Notes under the pieces: model-generated
The model's input: only the letters and a program-made list of their open reading frames with translations
Told to the model about the DNA's origin: nothing
The model's database searches: none
DNA from: Candidatus Heimdallarchaeum endolithica
GTDB taxonomy: Archaea; Asgardarchaeota; Heimdallarchaeia; Heimdallarchaeales; Heimdallarchaeaceae
Assembly (NCBI GenBank): GCA_021513715.1
Contig: CP084167.1
Coordinates: 2,752,001-2,816,000 of the forward strand
Direction of reading: 5' to 3'
Length of the DNA: 64,000 nucleotides
Shown here: positions 18,854 to 28,080 of the stretch, piece by piece
How positions within the stretch are numbered: the stretch's first letter is position 1
Layout of the letters: the number at the start of each line of letters is the position of its first letter
Position numbers and translations under genes: made by a program

Positions 18854-19960
18854 TCAGCTTAAATACTTGTCAATTTTTGGATTTTGTTTAAGTTCTTTTT
18901 TAACTTGTTTAATTTTTTCATTCATTTTATTTATCTCATTTATTGTTTCTTCTTTTGCATATTTTTTTCCTTTTAGATAGTGTGTAATATTCTTTTCTTC
19001 TTTTACTACTTTCATTAGTATCTGTCCTTCTATCAGGAAATTTTTCCAATTTTCCAAATATTTTTCTTTTTCTCTTTGTAATTCAGTTTTGTAATATCCA
19101 TAATCAGTATTATTAAAGATCCACCCCAAATTCCTTTTTGTTGCTTTATATTTTTTTATGACCTCCTCTGGCATAGGTCTTTGTTTATGTTTATCTCCTA
19201 TGATGTTAAAGCCCATTTCATATAGAAATATATCACTTGCTCTTTTTATTTCATTATTGATTTTTTCATGTCCTTGGTTAACATTAATTGCATATAATAC
19301 AAGTGGAATTTCGTCTGTATACAGTTCATATAGTTTATGCCTTAGCAAACCGATTTGCATATACTTGTTCAAAGGATCCTTTCCATTGAAATCTACTATT
19401 ATTCCACATACTTCTTTTTTGCAAAAAAAGTCTATAATTGTATTTGTCGCTTTCTGGCTAGAATCTATTAACATATAACCCATTTTTACTTTATTATTCA
19501 GTCGTTCTGCAATTTCATAATATTTGTTAATGACTTCTATGAATGACTCTATATTGCTATTTTTGATTCTTGGAAAATTTTTATTCATCAACGGCGGAAT
19601 AATGAAATCTGATGGAAAATATTGTATTGCTGTTAATAATTCAATCTCACTTTCTGTTGGAAGTCTTTCTTTCACCCAATCAATAAATACAATATTTAGA
19701 AGATTGTGCTGTATTTCTCTTCTTATTTTGTCAGATATTTTTTCTGCTTCATTCTCCAGGTTGGTTTTTTTCTCTATTCTCTTATAAATTTCATTTATTC
19801 TTGCCCCTGTTTTTACCATTTTTTCTACTTCTTCTAATGTTATTTTGCTTTTAGATATGGTTTTTGTTGGATATTTGATATTTTTATTTGTTAATTGTAT
19901 TTCTCCAACCTCAAGTAACGCATCGTCAGCTATTGTATCAATTTTCTTTTTTATATTCAT
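18854..19960 (-). CDS. Hypothetical protein, possibly a degenerate tRNA-guanine-transglycosylase-like TIM barrel
   Basis: N-terminal VGEIQLTNKNIKYPT resembles the TGT opening motif (RxGxLxTxHGxIxTP). Alternating beta/alpha pattern (DFIIPP, GIIVDFNG, MGFNIIG). Canonical DSGG motif absent. Confidence 0.4.
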   Translation of the reverse strand: MNIKKKIDTIADDALLEVGEIQLTNKNIKYPTKTISKSKITLEEVEKMVKTGARINEIYKRIEKKTNLENEAEKISDKIRREIQHNLLNIVFIDWVKERLPTESEIELLTAIQYFPSDFIIPPLMNKNFPRIKNSNIESFIEVINKYYEIAERLNNKVKMGYMLIDSSQKATNTIIDFFCKKEVCGIIVDFNGKDPLNKYMQIGLLRHKLYELYTDEIPLVLYAINVNQGHEKINNEIKRASDIFLYEMGFNIIGDKHKQRPMPEEVIKKYKATKRNLGWIFNNTDYGYYKTELQREKEKYLENWKNFLIEGQILMKVVKEEKNITHYLKGKKYAKEETINEINKMNEKIKQVKKELKQNPKIDKYLS

Positions 19961-19996
19961 TAAATAAAATTATATAATGAAAAATATAAAAGACTA

Positions 19997-20584
19997 TTGA
20001 CAATGAGTTCTTATTATTTGATGAACGAAAAAGAGTTCATATATGTGCTAGCTTTTCTTTATCAGTATTTAAAGAAGAGTACTAAAGAGTTTATTAACAC
20101 TACTTTTCTTCAGAAAGCAATATTTTTTCTTTCAAGAGGTTTTCCTGTTTTAGAAAAAAAGTTAGTATTTCGTCCTCATAGGTTTGGTCCTCATAGTTAT
20201 AAACTAGAAGAAAAAATACTTGATGCACTGATTAATGAAGAAATTTTAGAAGAGAAAATTCGGTCACGCGATAAAATATTTTTTTTCACTGAGGAAGGGA
20301 AAAGACTTGGTAAAGAAGCTTTTAATTTACTAACCGAAAAAGAACAAAAAGTAATTGATTGGATTGTCAATCAACTAATTGGGCTTACTTTAGATGAATT
20401 GTTAGCTCTTGTATACTATACGTATGATGATATGACAGTAAACTCTGAAATTAAAAAAGAAATTGATTCAAAGCGAAAAAAATTAGCATTATCATTGTTT
20501 CAGAAAGAGAAAATAACTTTTGAAAAAGCATCTGAGATTGCTGGACTTTCAAAAGATGAGTTAAAAAAGATAATCGACAACTGA
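19997..20584 (+). CDS. Antitoxin-like protein: SocA/DUF4065 (Panacea)-like domain fused to UPF0175 HTH
   Basis: LQKAIFF...FRPHRFGPHS motif; C-terminal ALSLFQKEKITFEKASEIAGLS typical of UPF0175. Confidence 0.75.
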   Translation: MTMSSYYLMNEKEFIYVLAFLYQYLKKSTKEFINTTFLQKAIFFLSRGFPVLEKKLVFRPHRFGPHSYKLEEKILDALINEEILEEKIRSRDKIFFFTEEGKRLGKEAFNLLTEKEQKVIDWIVNQLIGLTLDELLALVYYTYDDMTVNSEIKKEIDSKRKKLALSLFQKEKITFEKASEIAGLSKDELKKIIDN

Positions 20585-20593
20585 GGGGTTTTA

Positions 20594-21115
20594 TTGTTCA
20601 TTTGTGATTCAACTTTTTTAATAGCTTTTTATATTGAATTAGATAATCGATTGGATATATTGCTTAAGGTAAAAAACAAAGACAAAAAAGTTGTCTATTT
20701 TATCACACCATTAATTTTTAGTGAAGTCTCTGCGAAATCTCCAGATTTATTTCAAGACAATCCTTCTTTGTTTCCAGTTTTTCCACAAAAACAAGGTAAA
20801 GAAATAGAAAATGAGTATTTACCGTTTTTAGAACCTTTTGTAGGTAAAGGTGAAAGGGAAGTGATTTTGTATTCAATAAGCTACGGTAAAACCCCAATAT
20901 TGGATGACAAATTTGCTGTAAAAGTTTGGTTAAAAATTAGTGGGAAAAAACCAATGCGAACTAGTAGGTTCATAGTTGAAACTTATTGCTCTTGGGATAT
21001 TATTTCGAAGTCAGAAGCTATCCATTTGTTGAAAAAATTAAAAGAAAAAGGATTTAGAATAAGTGATGACATATTATTATCACTAATTAGAACTATAGAT
21101 ACTTGTAAAAAGTGA
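20594..21115 (+). CDS. PIN-domain ribonuclease (VapC-like, DUF3368/COG2405 type)
   Basis: MFICDSTFLI, FSEV, GKGEREVI, ILDDKFA acidic tetrad; 9 bp downstream of the UPF0175 gene. Confidence 0.85.
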   Translation: MFICDSTFLIAFYIELDNRLDILLKVKNKDKKVVYFITPLIFSEVSAKSPDLFQDNPSLFPVFPQKQGKEIENEYLPFLEPFVGKGEREVILYSISYGKTPILDDKFAVKVWLKISGKKPMRTSRFIVETYCSWDIISKSEAIHLLKKLKEKGFRISDDILLSLIRTIDTCKK

Positions 21116-21209
21116 AATCTTCAATTATATACTTTCGGAGGAATACTTTGTTATGGTTGTGTTTTATATCTTTAATTGATTTAATTGTAATGTACTGCAA
21201 TATTACAGC

Positions 21210-21923
21210 TCACTCTTTGAAATCTATGCTTTCTTCAAAACAAGTTTTTATAAATTTGATAATCTTTTTTAAAGATATATTTGGTAACTCGCTGTGAGTG
21301 CAGTTTACTTTATAGACGAGTATATTATCTGCTAAACTTATTGTTGGATAATATTTGCTGTAGTCCTCTGATAAATTAATCATAAACGGAATTTTCAATT
21401 CTCTACATCTTACTATTACTCTCTTTAAAGTTGTTCCTGGATCCAAGAGAATTATACAGCTTATTTTTTCCATCAATTCTTTTTCATTCATCACTTTTTC
21501 TATTGTTATTTTTCCACCAAAAGAATAACCGATTAAAACTATTTTTGTGCTATCACTAATTTTTTTTAACACATATTTCAGCTGTTCAATGTATCTTTTT
21601 CCTGTTTTGTCTATATTATACAAATGTGGAGTGAGGTTAACTAGTCCCCAACCATTTTCTGCAAAACTCTTAAAATACAAGTACTTCGACGAAGAATGCA
21701 TTTCTCCCTCTTTTACTAAATTATATGACCAAAAGGCTACTTTTTCAGGTATGCCTGGTAATATTATTCCTGTTACATTTGCTTTTTCAAAATTATTACT
21801 CGTTATTATATAATAATTTACTTTATTTTCATCAAATTGTTCTTTTATTGTTGTGACTTTCAGTTCTTTTATTATTCTTTTTGTTTCTGAATGTTCAAGG
21901 TTATATATTTCTTCTATATTCAT
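21210..21923 (-). CDS. Alpha/beta hydrolase, Arb2/FAM172-like
   Basis: Nucleophile elbow IGYSFGG. IILPG..VAFW..L...GWGLVNLTP, YV and KISCIILLD parallel FAM172A/Arb2 motifs as I recall them. Confidence 0.7.
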   Translation of the reverse strand: MNIEEIYNLEHSETKRIIKELKVTTIKEQFDENKVNYYIITSNNFEKANVTGIILPGIPEKVAFWSYNLVKEGEMHSSSKYLYFKSFAENGWGLVNLTPHLYNIDKTGKRYIEQLKYVLKKISDSTKIVLIGYSFGGKITIEKVMNEKELMEKISCIILLDPGTTLKRVIVRCRELKIPFMINLSEDYSKYYPTISLADNILVYKVNCTHSELPNISLKKIIKFIKTCFEESIDFKE

Positions 21924-21958
21924 ATAATGCTACAACTTCTACTTTGCTTGTTAAAAGT

Positions 21959-23488
21959 TTAATTGTAGAGGGGATCTAGTTTTTCTAATGCTGCAAAAAT
22001 AGCAATTAACATTGTTGTAAAATTATTAGCAGTGAATGAAATTTTATTATTTTTACTTTTATTTTTATTTGAAACAACTTTCGTTAACTTCAAACCCTCT
22101 TTTTTTATGTCTTCTTTGACTTTAGAGTAAAATTTTGTAAGATATTTTATTATTTCGTTGTTTGGTATTTCAAGCCAATTTAGCTTTTCATTTTTAGTTA
22201 CTTCAGAAAGGTCATATTGGTATAGTTTTTGAAATTCTTTTACCATAAGGTTATTTTTTTCTCTATCGTATGTAGTTTTGTATTGATCGTGTAGTTCTTC
22301 TAACGTTATATTGATGATCACTACACCACAAAAACTTAATGAACCGAGTCTTGTTATGTTCCTTGCTAAGCATATGGGGATGAATTTGTATTTATCTGGA
22401 TCAATTCCTAATTCATCTTTCTCTAATATCTCTTCTTGTACAATATCTTGAATTCGTAATTGTTTTTGCTTTCCAAAATTTGAATAAAGGTAATAAAAAT
22501 CAAAAGAGCCACTGATACCTGTATCTATTTTCCTTTCTTCGACTGAAACTTTTGAAGTTCTTAATGGCAATATTATTTTACCGTCTTTTGTAATTACAAG
22601 GCCACTCATTCCTAAAGTGTTAGCAATGGGGATTTTACTCAATGTTAATTTAACTTTTTCAAAAAAGGTACCAACATTAGATTTTTGTATTTTCTCCCAT
22701 TCTCTACTGAACTCTCTAATTATAAGCATATATTGGCTTAAATAAGGGGATAGCAAACTGCGTATAGTAATATTTTTGTTAGTTTTTAGCTCTGGGCAAT
22801 AACCAGAGATCATCTGATCTACAAATGAAGCTTGGCTAACTTTCATAGTAATTGAGTTAGTTTTGTTATCATAAAGAGATGAAACATATCTTATTCTTAA
22901 TTGATTCCAGCCATTATCAATGTTATAAAAACCCCAAAAAATATCCTCCTGTACTGGTCGAACTATTTCTCTTATGTTTTCTCTCCATTGAAACCCTAAA
23001 TCAAATTCTTCTAAATTAATATTATATTCAAATAAAGGTTTTCCTTTGTATATAGGTCATAATTCAAAAGTAACTGGCCATTTCTTGTCAAATACATAAC
23101 AAAATTCTGAAAATAAATTAGCGTACAAGTGTGAGAGATAATAATCATCGTACTTTTTTTCAAAAAGTTTACACTTTTGTTCATAATAATTCACTACATC
23201 TTCGCTGTTACGAAAAATCTTTGACGAATACTTGACAATTTTTCCTATATTTTTTATAGACTCAAGAGATAAAATGTAGAGAATGGTATATAAAACAAAA
23301 AAAAGTGTTAATAAAGTGGCGTTACTAAAAAAGATAGAAGGATCAAATATCGAAAAAACAGTAAAGAAAGTTGTCAATGAAATTGAAAGAATAATGAGTA
23401 TTATAGAGCGTGGGTTTTTTTGAAGAATAATTTTAAGATTAACAGAGTATGGACGAGATCATTTTTTCATTTTTAGCTTTGAAAACAT
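21959..23488 (-). pseudogene. Two-TM plus Nudix-fold protein interrupted by two in-frame TGA codons
   Basis: One frame runs from ATG 23488 to TAA 21959 (510 codons) with only two stops, TGA at 23461-23459 and 23059-23057. Two N-terminal hydrophobic helices; Nudix-like LGMSGLVITKDGKIILPLRT...SGS...EE...ELGI. Confidence 0.75.
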
Positions 23489-23585
23489 TATGAAGCAGTT
23501 TTTATTTATTTTGATAAGCTTTTTTGTCAAATAAGAAAGTTGATTCTGCATTTTATTGAAAATAAAAAATAATAAAAAAAGAGAA

Positions 23586-25694
23586 TTATCTGATTTTTTC
23601 TCTTCTTAATTTAACATAGATCGGTAATATCACAATTATAAGAAAAGTAAAGATAAAACTGAACGGAGAAATCACCTTTTTTGTATTAGTTCTTTGTACT
23701 GTAGTATAAATCGTTGTTTGTTCTGTTATTGTGGTAGTTTCAGTCACTGTTGTTGTTTCTGTCTGTGTTGTTGTTTCTGTCACTTCTGTTACGCTATCGT
23801 CATATAGTGTTATTCCTCCAGTCAGATCAGATTTAAGATAACCTGCTCGTTCCATCCACTCCCAAGCCATATCTAGATTGTGGTTATATTTGACAATATC
23901 ATTATAATACCAGAAATCCAATAGAGTGTAAGTAACGCTATCTGATATCAAGTATTCACCATCATGAAGGGCGTTGTTGATTTCTTCTCTGTCGATTGCG
24001 TATGCAATAGCTTTTCTGACAGCGAGAGCTTTGGTATATTCCTCATAACCAGGTTCAGTTAAGAAGACATAGTTGTCGTCTCCACCGATGAATGGTCTTT
24101 TAAGGTTGAATCCCATGAAGCTAAGATAGTTGGTAAGTTTTGATTGTACTTCAAATTTGGGATCAGCTTGCATCTCCTTTCTTTCCTCTGGGAAGGAAGC
24201 CATGGCCATGATATCGAGTTTTCCAGCTTTGAACTCTGCCAATGCAGAAGTAATATCAGGAATAACACGAATATTGAAGGTTTTGATATCTAGATCTTGT
24301 TCTGTTCCATCAATAGCTCCAACACCAAACCAGAATGGAGAAGCTTGTAAGACTGTAATTGAGTTCTCAACGTAATAATCTAACATGTACTTACCACAAC
24401 CAAATGCAGAAGTACTGTAGGCCTTCCATTGAGGAGTATCAAAAATACCTTCTCCCAAACCAACCATTGGTACTCCACCAGAGGAGTATGTAACAGTTGT
24501 ATTGGTTGTGTTTAAGAAGAATTCAGGTAAAATTTTTATTTTCAAGTCAGGCCAAAAAGGAGCATAGTTTTCTTTTTCAGGAGTGTCAGGGTCAGCATCG
24601 ATTTCAATCCAAAATGATAAAGGATCTGCAGAGTCAACCCATATATCATGCATCCAATTATATTTATAAGAATCAATACTGGTAATGGGATTTGAATAAG
24701 CAAGTAATGTAAATACTGCGTCTTTAGCAGTTACTTGTTGGTTTGTTCCATCACTGAATTCTCCTTTATCACCAACCATTAAGATGCTGGGATTTACGAT
24801 GTTTCCATCTTCATCAACTAATGGATCAGAGCTACTATCTCTACCCGTGATGTTAAAGGAAGGATTCCAATAAACTTCATCTCGAAGAGTAAATTTGAAT
24901 AAGAGTTCATTGGTTTCATCTTGTTGCCAATCGATAATTAAACCAGTTTTTATTGGCTCATACCCTGGTGTCATTTGTAGTAATGATTCCATGACTAAGG
25001 ATGAGATGTAAGAACTTGAGGCATCATCTTGCAACAATGGGTTCAATTCTCTCCATTTAGCGTCAGAATCATAGAATTCTTCAGTGGATGTTTGACCCTC
25101 GTGTAAGGATGTGAACTTCATGTAAGGTAATGAATCAACTACACCCCAGCTATCATCATATCCATCTAATGTAGCCCAATTAGCAGTATAGGAGGGTTGA
25201 TTGAAGAAAGGAACCATTGGTACAATCTTATCCATCATTAATTGTTGCCAATTATAGTAATGTTGTTGTCTTTCTGTCATATTCATTATTAGTATACCAT
25301 CTTCTATCATCTGTTCATTTTCCATCCCATATGGCATTTTAGTATTAATACCAAACATGTTTAGAGAGCCATTTTCGTTGTATATACCTGTTGGATCAGG
25401 GTCATGGTGACCTACTAGTCCTACAAAAAAGAGGTCATAATTATTAGTTTCCAATAGAGTACCTACAAAATTTGCCCATTCTAAAACTTTGATATTTACT
25501 TTAATTCCTATTTCACTTAAGTATTGGGCTACATAAAGACCATAATTTGGACGAAAACCTCCTCCATTAGTTTTAAATTCCAATTCAAAGAAGTAACCTG
25601 GTATCGATGTTTCATTTTCACCGAAAATAGATACTGTTAGAAACGCTGTTATAATCATAAAAGAGAGTATCACTTTTTTATTCATTTTTGCCAC
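23586..25694 (-). CDS. ABC transporter substrate-binding protein, family 5 (peptide/nickel), circularly permuted, C-terminally anchored
   Basis: LNPL, FTLRDEVYW, VTAKDAVFT, GCGKY and VRKAIAYAIDREEI motifs. Signal peptide, Thr-rich linker and TM plus basic tail. Start probably MNKKV. Confidence 0.88.
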   Translation of the reverse strand: MAKMNKKVILSFMIITAFLTVSIFGENETSIPGYFFELEFKTNGGGFRPNYGLYVAQYLSEIGIKVNIKVLEWANFVGTLLETNNYDLFFVGLVGHHDPDPTGIYNENGSLNMFGINTKMPYGMENEQMIEDGILIMNMTERQQHYYNWQQLMMDKIVPMVPFFNQPSYTANWATLDGYDDSWGVVDSLPYMKFTSLHEGQTSTEEFYDSDAKWRELNPLLQDDASSSYISSLVMESLLQMTPGYEPIKTGLIIDWQQDETNELLFKFTLRDEVYWNPSFNITGRDSSSDPLVDEDGNIVNPSILMVGDKGEFSDGTNQQVTAKDAVFTLLAYSNPITSIDSYKYNWMHDIWVDSADPLSFWIEIDADPDTPEKENYAPFWPDLKIKILPEFFLNTTNTTVTYSSGGVPMVGLGEGIFDTPQWKAYSTSAFGCGKYMLDYYVENSITVLQASPFWFGVGAIDGTEQDLDIKTFNIRVIPDITSALAEFKAGKLDIMAMASFPEERKEMQADPKFEVQSKLTNYLSFMGFNLKRPFIGGDDNYVFLTEPGYEEYTKALAVRKAIAYAIDREEINNALHDGEYLISDSVTYTLLDFWYYNDIVKYNHNLDMAWEWMERAGYLKSDLTGGITLYDDSVTEVTETTTQTETTTVTETTTITEQTTIYTTVQRTNTKKVISPFSFIFTFLIIVILPIYVKLRREKIR

Positions 25695-26874
25695 CTCGCT
25701 TTTTCAGTAGAACATTAGACGCTATCATTATTACAAGTGTAAATGGTACAATCATTGGAGAAAAGTAAAGTTCTGCATTGTCTTCTGAAACTGTTTCTAT
25801 TATAGTCTGATATGTTGTTTCTGTTGATGTTTGGTAAGATGTCTCTGTTACCGTTTCTGTTACTGTTACTGTATTTATTAATGTTGAACCTTCTTCTACT
25901 TCTATCTTTATAGCCAAACTATCAAATTCTAAAACAGGATAAAAACTATTATAAAATGCTAATATGTAATCGTGTGGCTTAACACTCACAGCACAAATGT
26001 AAATATAGTTTGTGCCTAGGTATAGTGCTTGACTGTTAGTTGCTATTGAATTATTGTTTGTCCACCAAATAACTTGTCCTGTTCCGACTTTATCAAAGTC
26101 TGGATATGTTGCACTTACAGCATGAAACGTATAATCTGTTGAAACATTGTATTTGTAAAGAATTTTTGGATTTGCATCATCTGTAAGATCTAACCCCGTA
26201 TAATAGGTTCTTGGCTCTTTATATCGAGGAAAATAATCTGAAAAATCCTCAACATATGGTGTTCCCTCAGTATTAAGTTCGATATTAGATTTTTCTATAG
26301 ATTGTATAATATCATCTTCATATTCTTTTACATAGAAGATGTGCTCATCTTTATCGAATAATAGTTGAGCTTCCTCTGAAGGTGCTCCTGGATATGGTAG
26401 TTGATATTCTGCTGCAATAATTGTGAGTATGTGAGCACCTGGTGTTAAATTCAAAATAACTGACTGATTTGTATCTGTAGTTGTTGAAATATCAATATTT
26501 GAAAGCCCAATGTCTATATCATCAATAAATATATTTATTCCCCCAACTATTCTCGTTTCACTATTCTGATTGTTGAACCAATTAGTTGGTTGAACTCCAT
26601 CTCCATAGACTCCGTCTACCGATGTTCCTAAAGGAACAGAAATTGAGACATTAAAGAAAAAACGAAAATGGAATTCATTATTATTAGAAAGAATTACAGT
26701 ATTGTTAGTATTAACATCATCAATCTCTACGCCAAAAGAAGGTAGGCTTAAAGATGATTTGATGTTCGTTATATAAACTGCATAAGTTTGTTCTGTTGTT
26801 TCATTGATTGGTAGTAATGGAGGGATGAAAAAAGCACTTACTATTAGTAGAGCGATATAATATTTTTTTTTCAT
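25678..26874 (-). CDS. Secreted/surface protein with Thr-rich linker and C-terminal TM anchor
   Basis: Signal peptide MKKKYYIALLIV, beta-rich body, TVTVTETVTET linker, TM plus KKR tail; overlaps the SBP start. Confidence 0.75.
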   Translation of the reverse strand: MKKKYYIALLIVSAFFIPPLLPINETTEQTYAVYITNIKSSLSLPSFGVEIDDVNTNNTVILSNNNEFHFRFFFNVSISVPLGTSVDGVYGDGVQPTNWFNNQNSETRIVGGINIFIDDIDIGLSNIDISTTTDTNQSVILNLTPGAHILTIIAAEYQLPYPGAPSEEAQLLFDKDEHIFYVKEYEDDIIQSIEKSNIELNTEGTPYVEDFSDYFPRYKEPRTYYTGLDLTDDANPKILYKYNVSTDYTFHAVSATYPDFDKVGTGQVIWWTNNNSIATNSQALYLGTNYIYICAVSVKPHDYILAFYNSFYPVLEFDSLAIKIEVEEGSTLINTVTVTETVTETSYQTSTETTYQTIIETVSEDNAELYFSPMIVPFTLVIMIASNVLLKKRGGKNE

Positions 26875-27165
26875 AAAATCACCGATTATGCATAAATTAT
26901 CTTTTCTTTGAATAAAAACTTTTTTCTGAGAATAAATGTCGCATTTACATTTGTTAGATTTTTATACTAAAATGGTTGAACATTAATAAATTAATTTCTG
27001 TTTGTTAACTTATCAATAAATAATTAAAAATTGTTTTTCAATTAATAGTTTTAGCTTTTTAGACATCAAAAGCATTGTTCTTGTTTCTTTGCTTGAATTT
27101 TTTGTTTAGTTCTAAAAAGTAAAATACCCAAATGTTTTAAGAATGAAAGAAAGGATTAGATAGCA

Positions 27166-27939
27166 ATGTGTTATAACTTTGAGAAATATCTAGACTGTTT
27201 TAATTCATATCTGAAACAATGGTATAACACTAATAGTGAGTTAGTGAAAAAAAATCTTCGATTAAAAGAAGAGCATACAGAGCGAGTGAGAGAAAATGCT
27301 GTTGAATTATCTAATCTACTACATCTTTCTCAAACACAGAAATTTTTAGCTGAAGTTATTGCATTATTTCACGATATCGCTCGATTTAAGCAGTTTTTTT
27401 ATTACAAGACTTTTGATGACAAAAAATCCTTTGACCACGCTGAAGAAGGAGTAAAAATTATTAAGGAAAACTGTTTCTTGAATGGAATAGCTGTTGATGA
27501 TCAATATAGGATTCTTTCTTCTATTAAAAATCATAATAAGAAGACTTTACCAATAATAAAGGATGATACTGAAAAGCTTTTAGTCCGTCTTATACGTGAT
27601 GCTGATAAGCTAGACATTTGGCGTATTGTAGGTGATGAGTTAGCGAAAAAGGATGAACCTTCAATCTCTTTGGGTTATACAGGAAATAGTAAATTTAATC
27701 CTGAGATTGTTAAACTAATAAAAAATGAGGAATCTGTAGATTACAAACTAGTTCGCTCAACATTAGATTTCAAGCTTGTAACTCTTGGGTGGATATATGA
27801 TATTAATTTTAGAGAGACTTTTTTTCTTATTCGCAAAAATAAAGTGTTAGAACCAATTCTCAATTCATTACCAGAAATTCCTGAAGTTTTGAGTATAAAA
27901 AAAACTGTAGAAGATTACATTAACAATGTCTTAGATTAA
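27166..27939 (+). CDS. HD-domain metal-dependent phosphohydrolase
   Basis: HTERV, ALFHDIAR, DHA, NHN, RDADKLD. Confidence 0.9.
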   Translation: MCYNFEKYLDCFNSYLKQWYNTNSELVKKNLRLKEEHTERVRENAVELSNLLHLSQTQKFLAEVIALFHDIARFKQFFYYKTFDDKKSFDHAEEGVKIIKENCFLNGIAVDDQYRILSSIKNHNKKTLPIIKDDTEKLLVRLIRDADKLDIWRIVGDELAKKDEPSISLGYTGNSKFNPEIVKLIKNEESVDYKLVRSTLDFKLVTLGWIYDINFRETFFLIRKNKVLEPILNSLPEIPEVLSIKKTVEDYINNVLD

Positions 27940-28080
27940 TTTGTTATTTTTTTATTCTTTTGTCCTAATCGTTGTAATTAAGTTTCCTTTCCAATTTTTT
28001 GATGCCAATAATATTTAGCCTGTTAAGAAGTCAAATAGGACTTACAATAATAAAATGAAAGAAAAATAACAAGTGTGTAT

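Noticed and set aside
21112-21297. 61-aa ORF following the PIN gene
   Set aside because: It overlaps the convergent hydrolase and has no motif; probably spurious despite the GTGA overlap.
21959-23488. CBASS/Pycsar call or selenoprotein call for the TM-Nudix gene
   Set aside because: No CD-NTase or cyclase is present in the window. The TGA contexts are not redox or Cys-like motifs and I saw no SECIS-like hairpin.
23690-23790. Low-complexity GTT/TCT-rich repeats (also ~25790-25870)
   Set aside because: They encode Thr/Glu-rich linkers of surface proteins and are not independent repeat elements.
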